From: Ignavibacteriales bacterium
GTDB lineage: Bacteria > Bacteroidota > Ignavibacteria > UBA10030 > UBA6906
Length of the DNA: 64,000 bases
Assembly (NCBI GenBank): GCA_037441705.1
Contig: JBBIRR010000003.1
Span: 1-64,000, forward strand
Direction of reading: 5' to 3'
The stretch's first letter is position 1, and each line of letters opens with the position of its first letter. Below the pieces are notes generated by a model. It was not told where the DNA came from, did not search any database, and worked only from the letters and a program-made list of their open reading frames with translations. The position numbers and the translations under genes are program-made. Positions 1 to 9,041 of the stretch are shown here, piece by piece.

Positions 1-1598
1 GACGCCGTACGGTAGTCACGTTGAGCAAACGCGCGGGCCGCCCCCTTGTTTCGTCCGGCAATCACCCGCGCACACACTTTCCGAAAAATCGGCGGGCGGC
101 GAAACAACACATCCACTGCGTCACGATCGCTGTCTGCAACGGGCAGCGTCCCGAGAAATGCATGCCACTCGTCGATGAGCGCGTGCAGCGACTTGCCGAA
201 AGCTTTTTCGTAATCGTTCGTTCGATACACGCGCATGACAGGCCGCACGCCGTAGGTGTCCATCAAGAACCGGCAGAACGATCCGGCAAGAACGTAGCTG
301 ATGGATGAGGATTGCGCCGCGAAGCCTGTGAAGGACATGATAGCGGAAATATCCGGGCCGACGCCGACGTCTTTCATCGCGGCTGCGTACTGATGCAGCG
401 TGCGATTCCCCCAATCCCACTCAATCGCCATCGCCAGACCTTCGACCAATCCCGTGCTCAGGCTTGCCTTGATGACAGGCAGACCGAACGGTGCGGCAAG
501 CACATGCACCAACTCATGCTTCAACGTCGCATCAAGTGATTGTTGGGTGATGTGAACCTGTCCGCTCCAGGGCTTTGCAATGTTTGTACTGCCTGCCCCG
601 ATGAGTCGTTGCTTCATCTCTGCCGACGGGTAGATGTACGACTCGATCGTTCGCTGGAAGGGAACGTGGAGTTCATCTCTAGTCTGCTTCAACCGGAATT
701 CATGTTCGGCGGCTACCCAACGGATTTCCTCATCGTTGTATGAGTCGGCCGAATAATAAATCCGGAAATGAGGCGTCGCATAGTGCCGGCCGAGTGTGTG
801 TTGAATAAAGCGCGCCGTCGAATCCAGCCCGAGTTCACCTCTGAACCACCAGACCACGATGATGAGCGTAGCGAGAGCACCCGTGACGAACACATTCTTG
901 CCCTGCACCATCACGCCCAGCAGCGTCGTGCCTTTTTCCCACGCGGGAGCGTTCCACTCGGCGTGGGCAAGCACGAGCTGCGCCATCCAGACGAGCGCAG
1001 CAGCGAGAATGAGTGTAAGAATCCTGAACAGGATCAGCGACCGGCTTATGCCGAGCGCTTCGTCGTACGTGAAGCCGGGGAAGTAGCCGTAGAAAAAGTT
1101 GTAGGAAAAAATCGCCGGTGTGAAATAACCGACGGCAAGAACTTCCGCGAACGTCGCCAGCACAAACAGCACGAACATCGTCCTTGCCCGGCGATAGTGG
1201 GCCGCACAAAACAACCCGAGCGCCGAGGCGAAGACCACACTTACCACGGGCAGGAGAGCGAAGAACCCGACCCCTTCCAGCAGAGAGCAGTTCTTGACGA
1301 ACAGCGCGTTCGCAAGCATGACGAGGAGCGGTATGAGAAGAAGCAGAAGATTACGCCCGAGAGACTTCTTGAACGCGTCACGTGAACGATCAAGAATGGA
1401 GGATTCCGGATGCGCGTCGTTTTCCGCCGCGCGCTTCACCGCGCTGATCGTGAGGAAGCCTGCGGTGAACGACGCAAGCAGCGCGACGACAGCGGAGAAC
1501 TCGTAGCCGAGGTAGTTGAGCAGAGGAAAGCGGGTACAGGCGATGGCGGCAACGAGGTAAAGGATACTTGGGAAGAACAACGGCCGAACGTGGTTCAT
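1..1598 (-). CDS. Multi-pass membrane protein with C-terminal gluzincin-like (HEXXH...E) metallopeptidase domain; 3' end runs off the window
   Basis: Not in the ORF track (no stop in window). Manual translation from ATG at 1598 gives MNHVRPLFFPSILYLVAAIACTRFPLLNYLGYEFS..., then several hydrophobic helices, then HELVH (His codon 516-518)-x20-EGLAMA and SYVLAGSFCRFL in the same frame. Confidence 0.75.
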   Translation of the reverse strand, partial: MNHVRPLFFPSILYLVAAIACTRFPLLNYLGYEFSAVVALLASFTAGFLTISAVKRAAENDAHPESSILDRSRDAFKKSLGRNLLLLLIPLLVMLANALFVKNCSLLEGVGFFALLPVVSVVFASALGLFCAAHYRRARTMFVLFVLATFAEVLAVGYFTPAIFSYNFFYGYFPGFTYDEALGISRSLILFRILTLILAAALVWMAQLVLAHAEWNAPAWEKGTTLLGVMVQGKNVFVTGALATLIIVVWWFRGELGLDSTARFIQHTLGRHYATPHFRIYYSADSYNDEEIRWVAAEHEFRLKQTRDELHVPFQRTIESYIYPSAEMKQRLIGAGSTNIAKPWSGQVHITQQSLDATLKHELVHVLAAPFGLPVIKASLSTGLVEGLAMAIEWDWGNRTLHQYAAAMKDVGVGPDISAIMSFTGFAAQSSSISYVLAGSFCRFLMDTYGVRPVMRVYRTNDYEKAFGKSLHALIDEWHAFLGTLPVADSDRDAVDVLFRRPPIFRKVCARVIAGRNKGAARAFAQRDYRTA

Positions 1599-1609
1599 CG
1601 CTCTGAGAG

Positions 1610-2872
1610 TCAGTATTCTTCTCCTGCTGCTCGCTCAATGTCGGCGCCAAGCGCCTGCAACTTCTTCTCAATTGCCTCATATCCCCGGTCGAGGTGGTAC
1701 ACCCGCAGGACGTGCGTCTCGCCTTCCGCTACCAGTCCGGCAAGAATCAGCGAAGCGGAGGCACGCAGGTCGGTGGACATGACCTTTGCGCCGGTCAGAT
1801 GCTTCACGCCGCGCACAATGGCGGCGTTCTCTTTCATCTCGATGTCGGCGCCGAGACGCTGCAGCTCCGGCACGTGCTTGAAGCGATCGACATAGATAGT
1901 ATCGGTGACGATCGAGGTTCCGTTTGCAACGGACATCAACGCGATCCACTGTGCTTGCATGTCCGTAGGGAAGCCGGGGTAGATGACGGCCGTCGCATCA
2001 ACGGGCTTCAGCTCCGGCGGCGCCTGCAACCTGACCCGCGAGCCTTGAAGCTCCACAACGCATCCGGCGTCCTGCAGCTTTGCCGTGACCGCTTCGAAGT
2101 GTCCGGGATTGACGCTCTCAAGCGTGACCTCGCCCCCCGTGATAGCCGCCGCAACAAGGAACGTTCCCGCTTCTATCCTGTCGGGAATCGTCTCGACATC
2201 CACAGGATGCAGTTCCTCCACGCCTTCAATTTCAAGACGATTGGTGCCGATGCCGTCAATCTTCGCTCCCATCTTTACCAGAAACTCCGCAAGCGCGGTA
2301 ATCTCCGGTTCAGTTGCGGCGTTGCTGATAACCGTCGTGCCCTTCGCCAGCACAGCCGCCATCATCACATTGCCCGTTGCCCCGACGCTGGAGATGTCGA
2401 AATGAATGTTTGCGCCTTTCAGCTTTGGCGCCCGCGCGATAATGTATCCATGCTCGATGTCGATCTCGGCGCCGAGCTTGCGCAAGCCCTCGATGTGAAG
2501 ATTCACGGGCCGCGGCCCCCAGGCACAGCCGCCGGGCAGCGAGACGCGTGCTCTGCCATAGCGTCCGACAAGTGGACCCAACACGTAAATGGAGGCCCGC
2601 ATTTTTTTCACATGCTCGTACGGCGCTTCGAACCTGTTGACGCCGCGCGTATCGATCGTCAAGACATGATCGCGGAAGGCGATCTCCATGCCCATCGTGC
2701 GCAGCACGCTGGACATCGTTGCGACGTCACGCAAATCGGGAGTGTTCGAAAGGCGATACGTACCGCCGGCAAGAAGCGTCGCAGGCATCAACGCAAGCGT
2801 AGCATTCTTCGCCCCGCTGATGGTGACGCTGCCGCTGAGTCTCTTGCCGCCGTGTATGATGAACTTGTCCAC
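1610..2872 (-). CDS. murA: UDP-N-acetylglucosamine 1-carboxyvinyltransferase
   Basis: ISGAKNA, KMRAS, SLPGGCAWGPRP (catalytic Cys), PGFPTDMQ, DLRA and HLDRGYE motifs. Start set at GTG 2872 (VDKFIIHGG). Confidence 0.97.
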   Translation of the reverse strand: MDKFIIHGGKRLSGSVTISGAKNATLALMPATLLAGGTYRLSNTPDLRDVATMSSVLRTMGMEIAFRDHVLTIDTRGVNRFEAPYEHVKKMRASIYVLGPLVGRYGRARVSLPGGCAWGPRPVNLHIEGLRKLGAEIDIEHGYIIARAPKLKGANIHFDISSVGATGNVMMAAVLAKGTTVISNAATEPEITALAEFLVKMGAKIDGIGTNRLEIEGVEELHPVDVETIPDRIEAGTFLVAAAITGGEVTLESVNPGHFEAVTAKLQDAGCVVELQGSRVRLQAPPELKPVDATAVIYPGFPTDMQAQWIALMSVANGTSIVTDTIYVDRFKHVPELQRLGADIEMKENAAIVRGVKHLTGAKVMSTDLRASASLILAGLVAEGETHVLRVYHLDRGYEAIEKKLQALGADIERAAGEEY

Positions 2873-2974
2873 GTAGTAGAAGGTGTGCGATGGCAAAATC
2901 AATTTCACGAAAATGGTACGGAAAATCAAACCACGTTGCTTGCTTCTCGCCCATTCTGCTTCTATATTCTTCCC

Positions 2975-3886
2975 ATGCAAATCGTCCATCGGGTTTCTCG
3001 TCGCCGGCGCTTCATGGCTTCATTCCTGTTGTTTGCCGCGTTCACCGCGGCTGCCGAGATTCGCGTTGTGGACGACTTGCAGCGAACGGTTTCCCTTCCC
3101 GCTCCTGCCCAACGCGTCGTCTCCTTGGCACCTAGTATCACCGAGACACTCTTTGCCATCGGTGCCGGAGAACAGGTCGTCGGGGTGACGGACTACTGCA
3201 ATTATCCGCCTGAGGCACGGCACAAGCAGCGCGTCGGGGGCATCATCAATCCGAGCATCGAGACGATTGTCAGCCTGAAGCCGGACCTCATCCTCTTGAG
3301 CATGGAGGGAAATGTTCGGACCGATTTCGAGAAGCTCACCGCGCTGGGCGTTTCCGTGTTCGTTACCAACCCGCGAACGCTGGAAGGGATTTATTCGTCC
3401 ATCCTGCGCGTGGGGCAACTTGTCGGCAGGGCGGATTCGGCCGGCAGGCTTGTTCACTTTCTGCGCGTGCGCGCCGACGTAATCAGGCAGAAAGCGCAGC
3501 ACGCGACACGACGGTCGGTCCTTCTGTTTGTCTCTCTCCAGCCCATCATCGTTGCAGGAACGGGAACGTTCCTCGCGGAGTTGATTTCCCAGGCCGGCGG
3601 AGAGAATGCCGCAGCAGGCGCCTCGTCGCATTACCCCTCGTACAGTCGTGAGGCGGTGTTGAAGGACGACCCGGACGTGCTTATCTTTCTTTCCAGTATT
3701 GGCGGCAGCAATGATGAGCTTGCTCGCCTGTATCCTGAGTGGTCGAAGTTAAAGGCATTTCGGCGGGGCGCTGTCTATCATGTGAACGCGGATGTGGTCT
3801 CGCGTCCCGGGCCGCGAGCCGTTGACGCCCTTGACACGCTCTTCACCATTCTTCACGCGCACGACACTCCAAAAACTGACCCATGA
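2975..3886 (+). CDS. Cobalamin/Fe-siderophore ABC transporter periplasmic binding protein (BtuF-like)
   Basis: 3' part of ORF 1694..3886. Signal peptide, RVVSLAPSITETLFAIG, VGVTDYCNYP, ETIVSLKPDL, SRPGPR. Start is 2975 or 3014. Confidence 0.88.
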   Translation: MQIVHRVSRRRRFMASFLLFAAFTAAAEIRVVDDLQRTVSLPAPAQRVVSLAPSITETLFAIGAGEQVVGVTDYCNYPPEARHKQRVGGIINPSIETIVSLKPDLILLSMEGNVRTDFEKLTALGVSVFVTNPRTLEGIYSSILRVGQLVGRADSAGRLVHFLRVRADVIRQKAQHATRRSVLLFVSLQPIIVAGTGTFLAELISQAGGENAAAGASSHYPSYSREAVLKDDPDVLIFLSSIGGSNDELARLYPEWSKLKAFRRGAVYHVNADVVSRPGPRAVDALDTLFTILHAHDTPKTDP

Positions 3887-4560
3887 AACGACGTGCACTG
3901 GACAAGCTCGCTCGCCCCAAACCGCAGGTACGGCGACGGTATGCGCGGCGCAAGGTGTTTCTTGCTGTTGCCGGCAACATCGGCGCCGGCAAATCTTCGC
4001 TCACCAATCTCTTGAGTCTGCGCTTCGGGTGGAAACCGTTCTTCGAATCCGTGGAAGACAACCCCTACCTCAACGATTTCTACGCCGACATGCGCCGGTG
4101 GTCATTCAACCTACAGGTATATTTTCTTTCCAACCGCTTTCGCAGCCACAAGGCCATCACCGAGGGTCCGGAATCGGTGATTCTCGACCGCGTTATTTAC
4201 GAGGACGCGGAAATCTTCGCGCGCAATTTGTTCGAGATAGGGATGATGGACCGGCGGGATTACGAGAACTACGTTGCGCTCTACGACGTGATGACCGAGT
4301 ACCTGCGGCCTCCCGACTTGCTCATCTACCTCCGCGCCAATGTGGATACACTCCTCAAACAAATTTCATTACGCGGCCGCGATTTTGAGCGGTCGATCAA
4401 GCGAGAATATCTCGAGCAACTCAACAAACACTACGAATCGTGGATTGCGCGCTACAAAAAGGGGCCGCTGTTGATTGTGGAATCCGACCAGCTGGATTTC
4501 GTGAACAAACAGGAGGATTTGGAAAAAATCGTTGGAATGATCGAACGGAAGCTGCGGTAG
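3883..4560 (+). CDS. Deoxynucleoside kinase (dNK family)
   Basis: P-loop GNIGAGKS, NPYLNDFY, DRVIYED, RGRDFE; ATGA overlap with the upstream gene. Confidence 0.93.
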   Translation: MKRRALDKLARPKPQVRRRYARRKVFLAVAGNIGAGKSSLTNLLSLRFGWKPFFESVEDNPYLNDFYADMRRWSFNLQVYFLSNRFRSHKAITEGPESVILDRVIYEDAEIFARNLFEIGMMDRRDYENYVALYDVMTEYLRPPDLLIYLRANVDTLLKQISLRGRDFERSIKREYLEQLNKHYESWIARYKKGPLLIVESDQLDFVNKQEDLEKIVGMIERKLR

Positions 4561-4581
4561 TGCCGATGGATGCCCCCGGCG

Positions 4582-5055
4582 TCATCTGTCGACTTCTCGG
4601 ATTCCCAACCGGGCCAGCTCATCGGCGCGCTCGTTAAGCTCTACGCCCGCATGTCCTTCTACCTTCTTGAAGCGCACATCCCTCTGCTCGAGAAGCTCTA
4701 ACAATCTCTCCCACAACTCGCGATTTTCCACCGGTTTTTTCTTGACGTTCTTCCAGCCGTTGCGGCGCCAGCGTTCATACCACCGCTCGTTCATGCAGTT
4801 CACGAGGTATGCGCTGTCGGAGTAGATGACAATGGGTTTATCTTTTGCTTTGATGGCCTCCAGCGCTTTGATGCACGCAGTTAGTTCCATGCGTTGGTTG
4901 GAGGTATTGCGCTCGCCGCCGTGCAGTTCTTTCACGTGCTGTCCGTACTTGAGCACAACGCCCCAGCCGCCGACGTTGCGGGTGGACTGGTTGTCCGAGC
5001 ACGCGCCGTCGCAGAACACGATGATCGGTTCGATTGGGGGTGAAGACCTTGTCAT
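4582..5055 (-). CDS. rnhA: Ribonuclease HI
   Basis: DGAC, SNQRMEL, YSDS, GHAG and NERADELA give the complete D-E-D-D catalytic set. Start is 5055 (ATG) or 5070 (TTG). Confidence 0.95.
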   Translation of the reverse strand: MTRSSPPIEPIIVFCDGACSDNQSTRNVGGWGVVLKYGQHVKELHGGERNTSNQRMELTACIKALEAIKAKDKPIVIYSDSAYLVNCMNERWYERWRRNGWKNVKKKPVENRELWERLLELLEQRDVRFKKVEGHAGVELNERADELARLGIREVDR

Positions 5056-5086
5056 GGGTAGAGCGTTCAACGCCGCCGTTTTGCGT

Positions 5087-5905
5087 TCAAAAGAAAAACA
5101 TTTTCATCGCGATGGCAAGGAGAAACACTGCGTACAACTGTCGCAGCCGGTCAGCGTGCGTTTTGTGCGCCACTGCCGCGCCGTACTTCGCCATCGGCAC
5201 GGTGCCGAGGATGATCGGAATCGAGTGAACGTAATCCACAAACCCAAGTGTGAAGTCTGCATACTCAGGCGCATACACATCAATCGGTGCCCATCCTTTG
5301 ACAACATAGCCAAGCGTGGAGGCCGCAGCCGTAATGACGATGGTGGCGCTGGATGTTCCGACGGCTTTCTTCAGGGGAAACTTCATGAAGTAATACATCA
5401 TCGGGATGGCGAAGACGCCGCCGCCGACGCCGGCAAGCGAGGAAACCAGCCCGACGATCACGCCGATGGCTCCGAGCCCGAACGGGGACAGGTTCGGCTC
5501 CTGCGGTGCCTTGCCGCGCCTGTGCTCGACCAGCAGACGAACGGCAGCAGTGACGACAACGGCTGCGAAAATCTGCTGCAGCGCCTTCCCGTGCAGCTCC
5601 GCCGCAACACTCGCGCCTGTAAACGAGCCAACGATGCTTGCGGCACCGAGGATGAAGACGGCTTTCCAGATGACGTTGCCGTTCTTGTTATGTTCGTACG
5701 CCGATGGAACGGACGCGAAGATCACAATGAGCAGACTCGTTCCGAACGCGAGGTGGGTTGCAACAAGACTTGAGACGCCGATATGATGAAAGTAGAAAAC
5801 TAAAATGGGGACGAGAATGATCCCGCCCCCAACGCCGAACAGTCCCGCCAGAAACCCTGCCACACATCCGGCCAGCAGAAGAAGAATCAACGTCAGGAGG
5901 GTCAT
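5087..5905 (-). CDS. TSUP / TauE-SafE family membrane transporter
   Basis: Two internal repeats GLFGVGGG...P and SLAGVGGG...P, each followed by a GTS motif (AFGTS, AVGTS); about 8 TM helices. Confidence 0.9.
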   Translation of the reverse strand: MTLLTLILLLLAGCVAGFLAGLFGVGGGIILVPILVFYFHHIGVSSLVATHLAFGTSLLIVIFASVPSAYEHNKNGNVIWKAVFILGAASIVGSFTGASVAAELHGKALQQIFAAVVVTAAVRLLVEHRRGKAPQEPNLSPFGLGAIGVIVGLVSSLAGVGGGVFAIPMMYYFMKFPLKKAVGTSSATIVITAAASTLGYVVKGWAPIDVYAPEYADFTLGFVDYVHSIPIILGTVPMAKYGAAVAHKTHADRLRQLYAVFLLAIAMKMFFF

Positions 5906-7557
5906 GAACCCTTCATCTTCGAGAAATACGTTTTGGGATTCCGGAGCAGTTTGACGGCGGTCTCGAGCTGGCGGTCGCCCTGCAGCGACGCCGCGATTCT
6001 GCCCGTCTCACCATGCGCTCGCGCCATCATTTCGATGTTGAGTTCGCGCGCGATGGCATTCTTGTAGCGATCGAAGCCACGTTCTTTTTCCTTTTCCAGC
6101 GCCGCGGAGAGCAGATCGAGGTCGGCGAGAATCTCGGCGCTGTACCGCGATCGTTCGGCAATCTGGCGAAGCTCACTCACCTTGCCGTCGCTTTCTTCTT
6201 TGTAATCGAACTTCTGACCTTCGAGGAACTTCTTGAATTCCGCAAGCACCCGGTCATTCACGCCGGTGAACGGCTCGTTCTTGTGTTCGGCAAAGTAGGT
6301 GTTGGCAAACTTGAAGAAGAGGGCTTTGCGATGCAACTCCTTCACCATGGGGCCGGGATCGTCCGGGTCCACCGTCGAATCCGGCGTAATGCCGCCGTGC
6401 TCGTACACCGTGCGACCGTTCTTCGTCTTGAAGGCACGCTTGAGACTGTCGGGCATCGTGGCAAAGACGCCGTCTTTTCGTTTCTGCATGTAGTCGATTT
6501 CCTGAATGCTTCGGCCGCTGGGAATGTAGTAGCGTGCCGTGGTAAGCTTCAACTGAGCGCCGTAGTTGAGCGGCAGAATCGTCTGCACGAGGCCCTTCCC
6601 GAACGTGCGTGTACCGAGCACAAGCCCACGGTCGAAGTCCTGAAGAGCGCCGGCAACGATTTCACTTGCACTCGCGCTGGCGCGGTCGGTGAGAATCACC
6701 AGCGGCGTTTCCGGAAGCAGCGGCTCTTCGCTGGAGGTATATTGCTTTTCTGCATCAGGGCGGCGACCCTTTGTCGTCACAACGAGACTTCCTTTGGGAA
6801 CGAATTTGCTGACGACTTCGACGGCGGCATCCAGGAGCCCTCCGGGATTGCCGCGCACATCCAGCACAAGCCCCTTGATCTCTCCTTTCGCCCTCAGTTC
6901 TTTGATCGCAAGCCGCACCTCGTCGCCCGCCTTACGGGAGAACCGTTCCAGCCGAATGTAGGCAATCCCTTTCTCCACAAAATCGGCGTAGGTAACGTTC
7001 TTGATTTGAATCTCCTCGCGAATCAAGACAAACGTCAAGGGCCTCTGTTCACCTTCGCGCTGGATGAGAATGCGAACTTCCGTTCCCGGCTCGCCGCGTG
7101 TCAGGGCGCGCACTTCCTCGGGTTTCTTGTTGCTTACCTTCACGCCGTCCACTTCAAGAATCTTGTCGCCCGGAATAATCCCCGCACGCTGCGCGGAGTA
7201 TCCATCCATGACGGTAATAATTTGAATAGCGCCTTCACGCGAACCGATGGTGACGCCGATGCCGCCGTAGCGTCCGTTGGTCAGCAAGTCCACTTCATCG
7301 CCGTTTTCCTTATCAATGAACACCGTGTACGGGTCGAGCGTGTTCAGCATCCCTTCGATGCCGGCACGCATAAACTTTTCGGGATCCACCTCGTCCACAT
7401 AGTTCGCCGCGATCTCTTTGTACACGCGGCCGAACACATCAATGCTCTTGTTGATTTTGAAATAGAAATCCCCTTCGGAGGGCGCGACGAAGCCGACGGA
7501 AAAAACGGCAAGGGCAATCGTCACAACAACCGATAGGATGATCGTCTTTCTCTTCAT
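5902..7557 (-). CDS. S41 family carboxyl-terminal processing protease (PDZ + tail-specific protease)
   Basis: LDPYT, GIGV (PDZ), DVRGNPGG, SASASEI, TFGKGLVQ, GGITPD; N-terminal signal or anchor. Confidence 0.95.
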   Translation of the reverse strand: MKRKTIILSVVVTIALAVFSVGFVAPSEGDFYFKINKSIDVFGRVYKEIAANYVDEVDPEKFMRAGIEGMLNTLDPYTVFIDKENGDEVDLLTNGRYGGIGVTIGSREGAIQIITVMDGYSAQRAGIIPGDKILEVDGVKVSNKKPEEVRALTRGEPGTEVRILIQREGEQRPLTFVLIREEIQIKNVTYADFVEKGIAYIRLERFSRKAGDEVRLAIKELRAKGEIKGLVLDVRGNPGGLLDAAVEVVSKFVPKGSLVVTTKGRRPDAEKQYTSSEEPLLPETPLVILTDRASASASEIVAGALQDFDRGLVLGTRTFGKGLVQTILPLNYGAQLKLTTARYYIPSGRSIQEIDYMQKRKDGVFATMPDSLKRAFKTKNGRTVYEHGGITPDSTVDPDDPGPMVKELHRKALFFKFANTYFAEHKNEPFTGVNDRVLAEFKKFLEGQKFDYKEESDGKVSELRQIAERSRYSAEILADLDLLSAALEKEKERGFDRYKNAIARELNIEMMARAHGETGRIAASLQGDRQLETAVKLLRNPKTYFSKMKGS

Positions 7558-7579
7558 AACCTTCTCCCTGAGCTGATGC

Positions 7580-8212
7580 TTACACTTTCACTGTCAACGA
7601 TTTCTGTTTCTCTGTAACGACGGACCAGATCGTTTCTTGGAGTTCGGCGATGGGTCGGAGACCGTCGAGCCGCACCCAGCGGTGAGGGTCGGCCGCTGCG
7701 AGTGCGCGATAGCCGTCGCGGACGCGCTCGTAGAAGCTTTGCCCCGAACTTTCCATGCGATCGAAGGCGAGGCCCGCCTTCGTCTTCCGTCGTTCAATTT
7801 CGTCGATCGGGATGTCCACCAGGAAGGTCACGTCGGGCATGATGCCGCCTGTGGCAAGCCGGTTGATGGCAGCGATGGCATCGAGGGCGATCCCTCTGCC
7901 GTAGCCTTGATAGGCGGTGGTCGAATCGCAGTACCGGTCGCAGACCACCACCTCGCCGCGCAGCAGCGCGGGTCGAATCACCTGTGCAACAAGCTGCGCG
8001 CGGCTGGCCGAGAAGAGCAACATCTCTGCAATCTCGGTCATCTCGCGGTGGTGTTTGTCGAGCAGAAGCGTGCGGATATGTTCGGAGAGGGGCGTGCCGC
8101 CGGGTTCCCGGATGACGTGAACGATCGCATGCTGCTCTCTCAATCGTTCTGCAAGCAACGAAGCCTGCGTCGACTTGCCGCTGAAATCCAGACCCTCGAA
8201 CGTGATGAACAT
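7580..8212 (-). CDS. tmk: Thymidylate kinase
   Basis: MFITFEGLDFSGKST, REPGGT, DRYCDSTTAYQG. Start could extend to 8236 or 8242. Confidence 0.95.
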   Translation of the reverse strand: MFITFEGLDFSGKSTQASLLAERLREQHAIVHVIREPGGTPLSEHIRTLLLDKHHREMTEIAEMLLFSASRAQLVAQVIRPALLRGEVVVCDRYCDSTTAYQGYGRGIALDAIAAINRLATGGIMPDVTFLVDIPIDEIERRKTKAGLAFDRMESSGQSFYERVRDGYRALAAADPHRWVRLDGLRPIAELQETIWSVVTEKQKSLTVKV

Positions 8213-8333
8213 GTGTTCCTGCGTTGCTGACGCCATCAACATACGGATTTCAGACGCGTGAATCAATTGCACCTGAAATGCGTTTTGAGTAGCTTCGTGT
8301 GAAACGAACGTATCGAGTTGAACATCCTCCTCA

Positions 8334-8990
8334 ATGGCAAAGCGGACCCGCGCACATAAACCCGTACCCCCGCCACCGCCTCCCGTCGATCCGAAAGAAC
8401 AGCAGAAAGCCGAATCACGCGCAGAGGATTCGCGGCTGATCCACGCAGCGCTGAACGGCGACGACTCCGCATACAAACGTCTGATGAAGAAGTATCACGA
8501 TGCCATCTACAACTTTATCTACCGGATGGTGCATGACAAGCAGCAGGTGGAAGATCTAACCCAGGAGGCGTTCATCAAAGCGTTCAGCTCGCTGGCAAGT
8601 TTCAATGAAGAGTATGCCTTCAGCACCTGGCTCTACAAGATCGCCACCAACAACTCCATCGACTACATCCGCCGACGAAAACTCCAAACGTACTCCATTG
8701 ACAAGCCTATCGAGGCGAAGGACAGCGACTACTCCTTCGAGCTGCCGGATGAGTCCTACGAAACAGACGGCGAAATGATCAGCGACCAGCGCGCGGCCAT
8801 GCTGGCCGAGGCAATCAAGAAACTCCCTGACAAATACCGTCGCGTGATTCACCTCCGTCATGTGGAAGAGAAGAGTTATGAAGAGATTGCCGAGGAATTG
8901 AAGCTGCCCATCGGTACGGTCAAAGCCCACATTTTCCGAGCACGAGAAATGCTGTATAAACGCCTGAAAGATAGGATCCGGCACTACTGA
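8334..8990 (+). CDS. ECF (group 4) sigma factor, SigW/RpoE-like
   Basis: DLTQEAFIKA, FSTWLYKIATN, SYEEIAEELKLPIGTVKAHIFRAR; Pro-rich N-terminal extension. Confidence 0.95.
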   Translation: MAKRTRAHKPVPPPPPPVDPKEQQKAESRAEDSRLIHAALNGDDSAYKRLMKKYHDAIYNFIYRMVHDKQQVEDLTQEAFIKAFSSLASFNEEYAFSTWLYKIATNNSIDYIRRRKLQTYSIDKPIEAKDSDYSFELPDESYETDGEMISDQRAAMLAEAIKKLPDKYRRVIHLRHVEEKSYEEIAEELKLPIGTVKAHIFRAREMLYKRLKDRIRHY

Positions 8991-8996
8991 TCGGCT

Positions 8997-9024
8997 CGCA
9001 ACACCGCCTTTCTTCCGGCGTATG
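8997..9024 (+). promoter_or_regulatory. Putative ECF-type promoter (CGCAAC-N16-CGTATG) upstream of the toast-rack gene
   Basis: AAC at 9000-9002, a 16-nt spacer, and CGTA at 9019-9022 match the general ECF AAC/CGT consensus; 20 nt upstream of ATG 9042. Confidence 0.5.
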
Positions 9025-9041
9025 ATAACGTAGAGTGAGCG

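Noticed and set aside
1373-1390. GTCACGTGAAC palindrome-like sequence as a third parS (similar weak hits near 29781 and 50892)
   Set aside because: Only the core or one half-site matches, with too many mismatches to the 16-bp consensus.
1694-2974. 730-aa + strand ORF 1694..3886 as one long fusion protein
   Set aside because: Its 5' portion is the antisense shadow of murA. Only the part from about 2975 encodes a recognisable BtuF-like protein.
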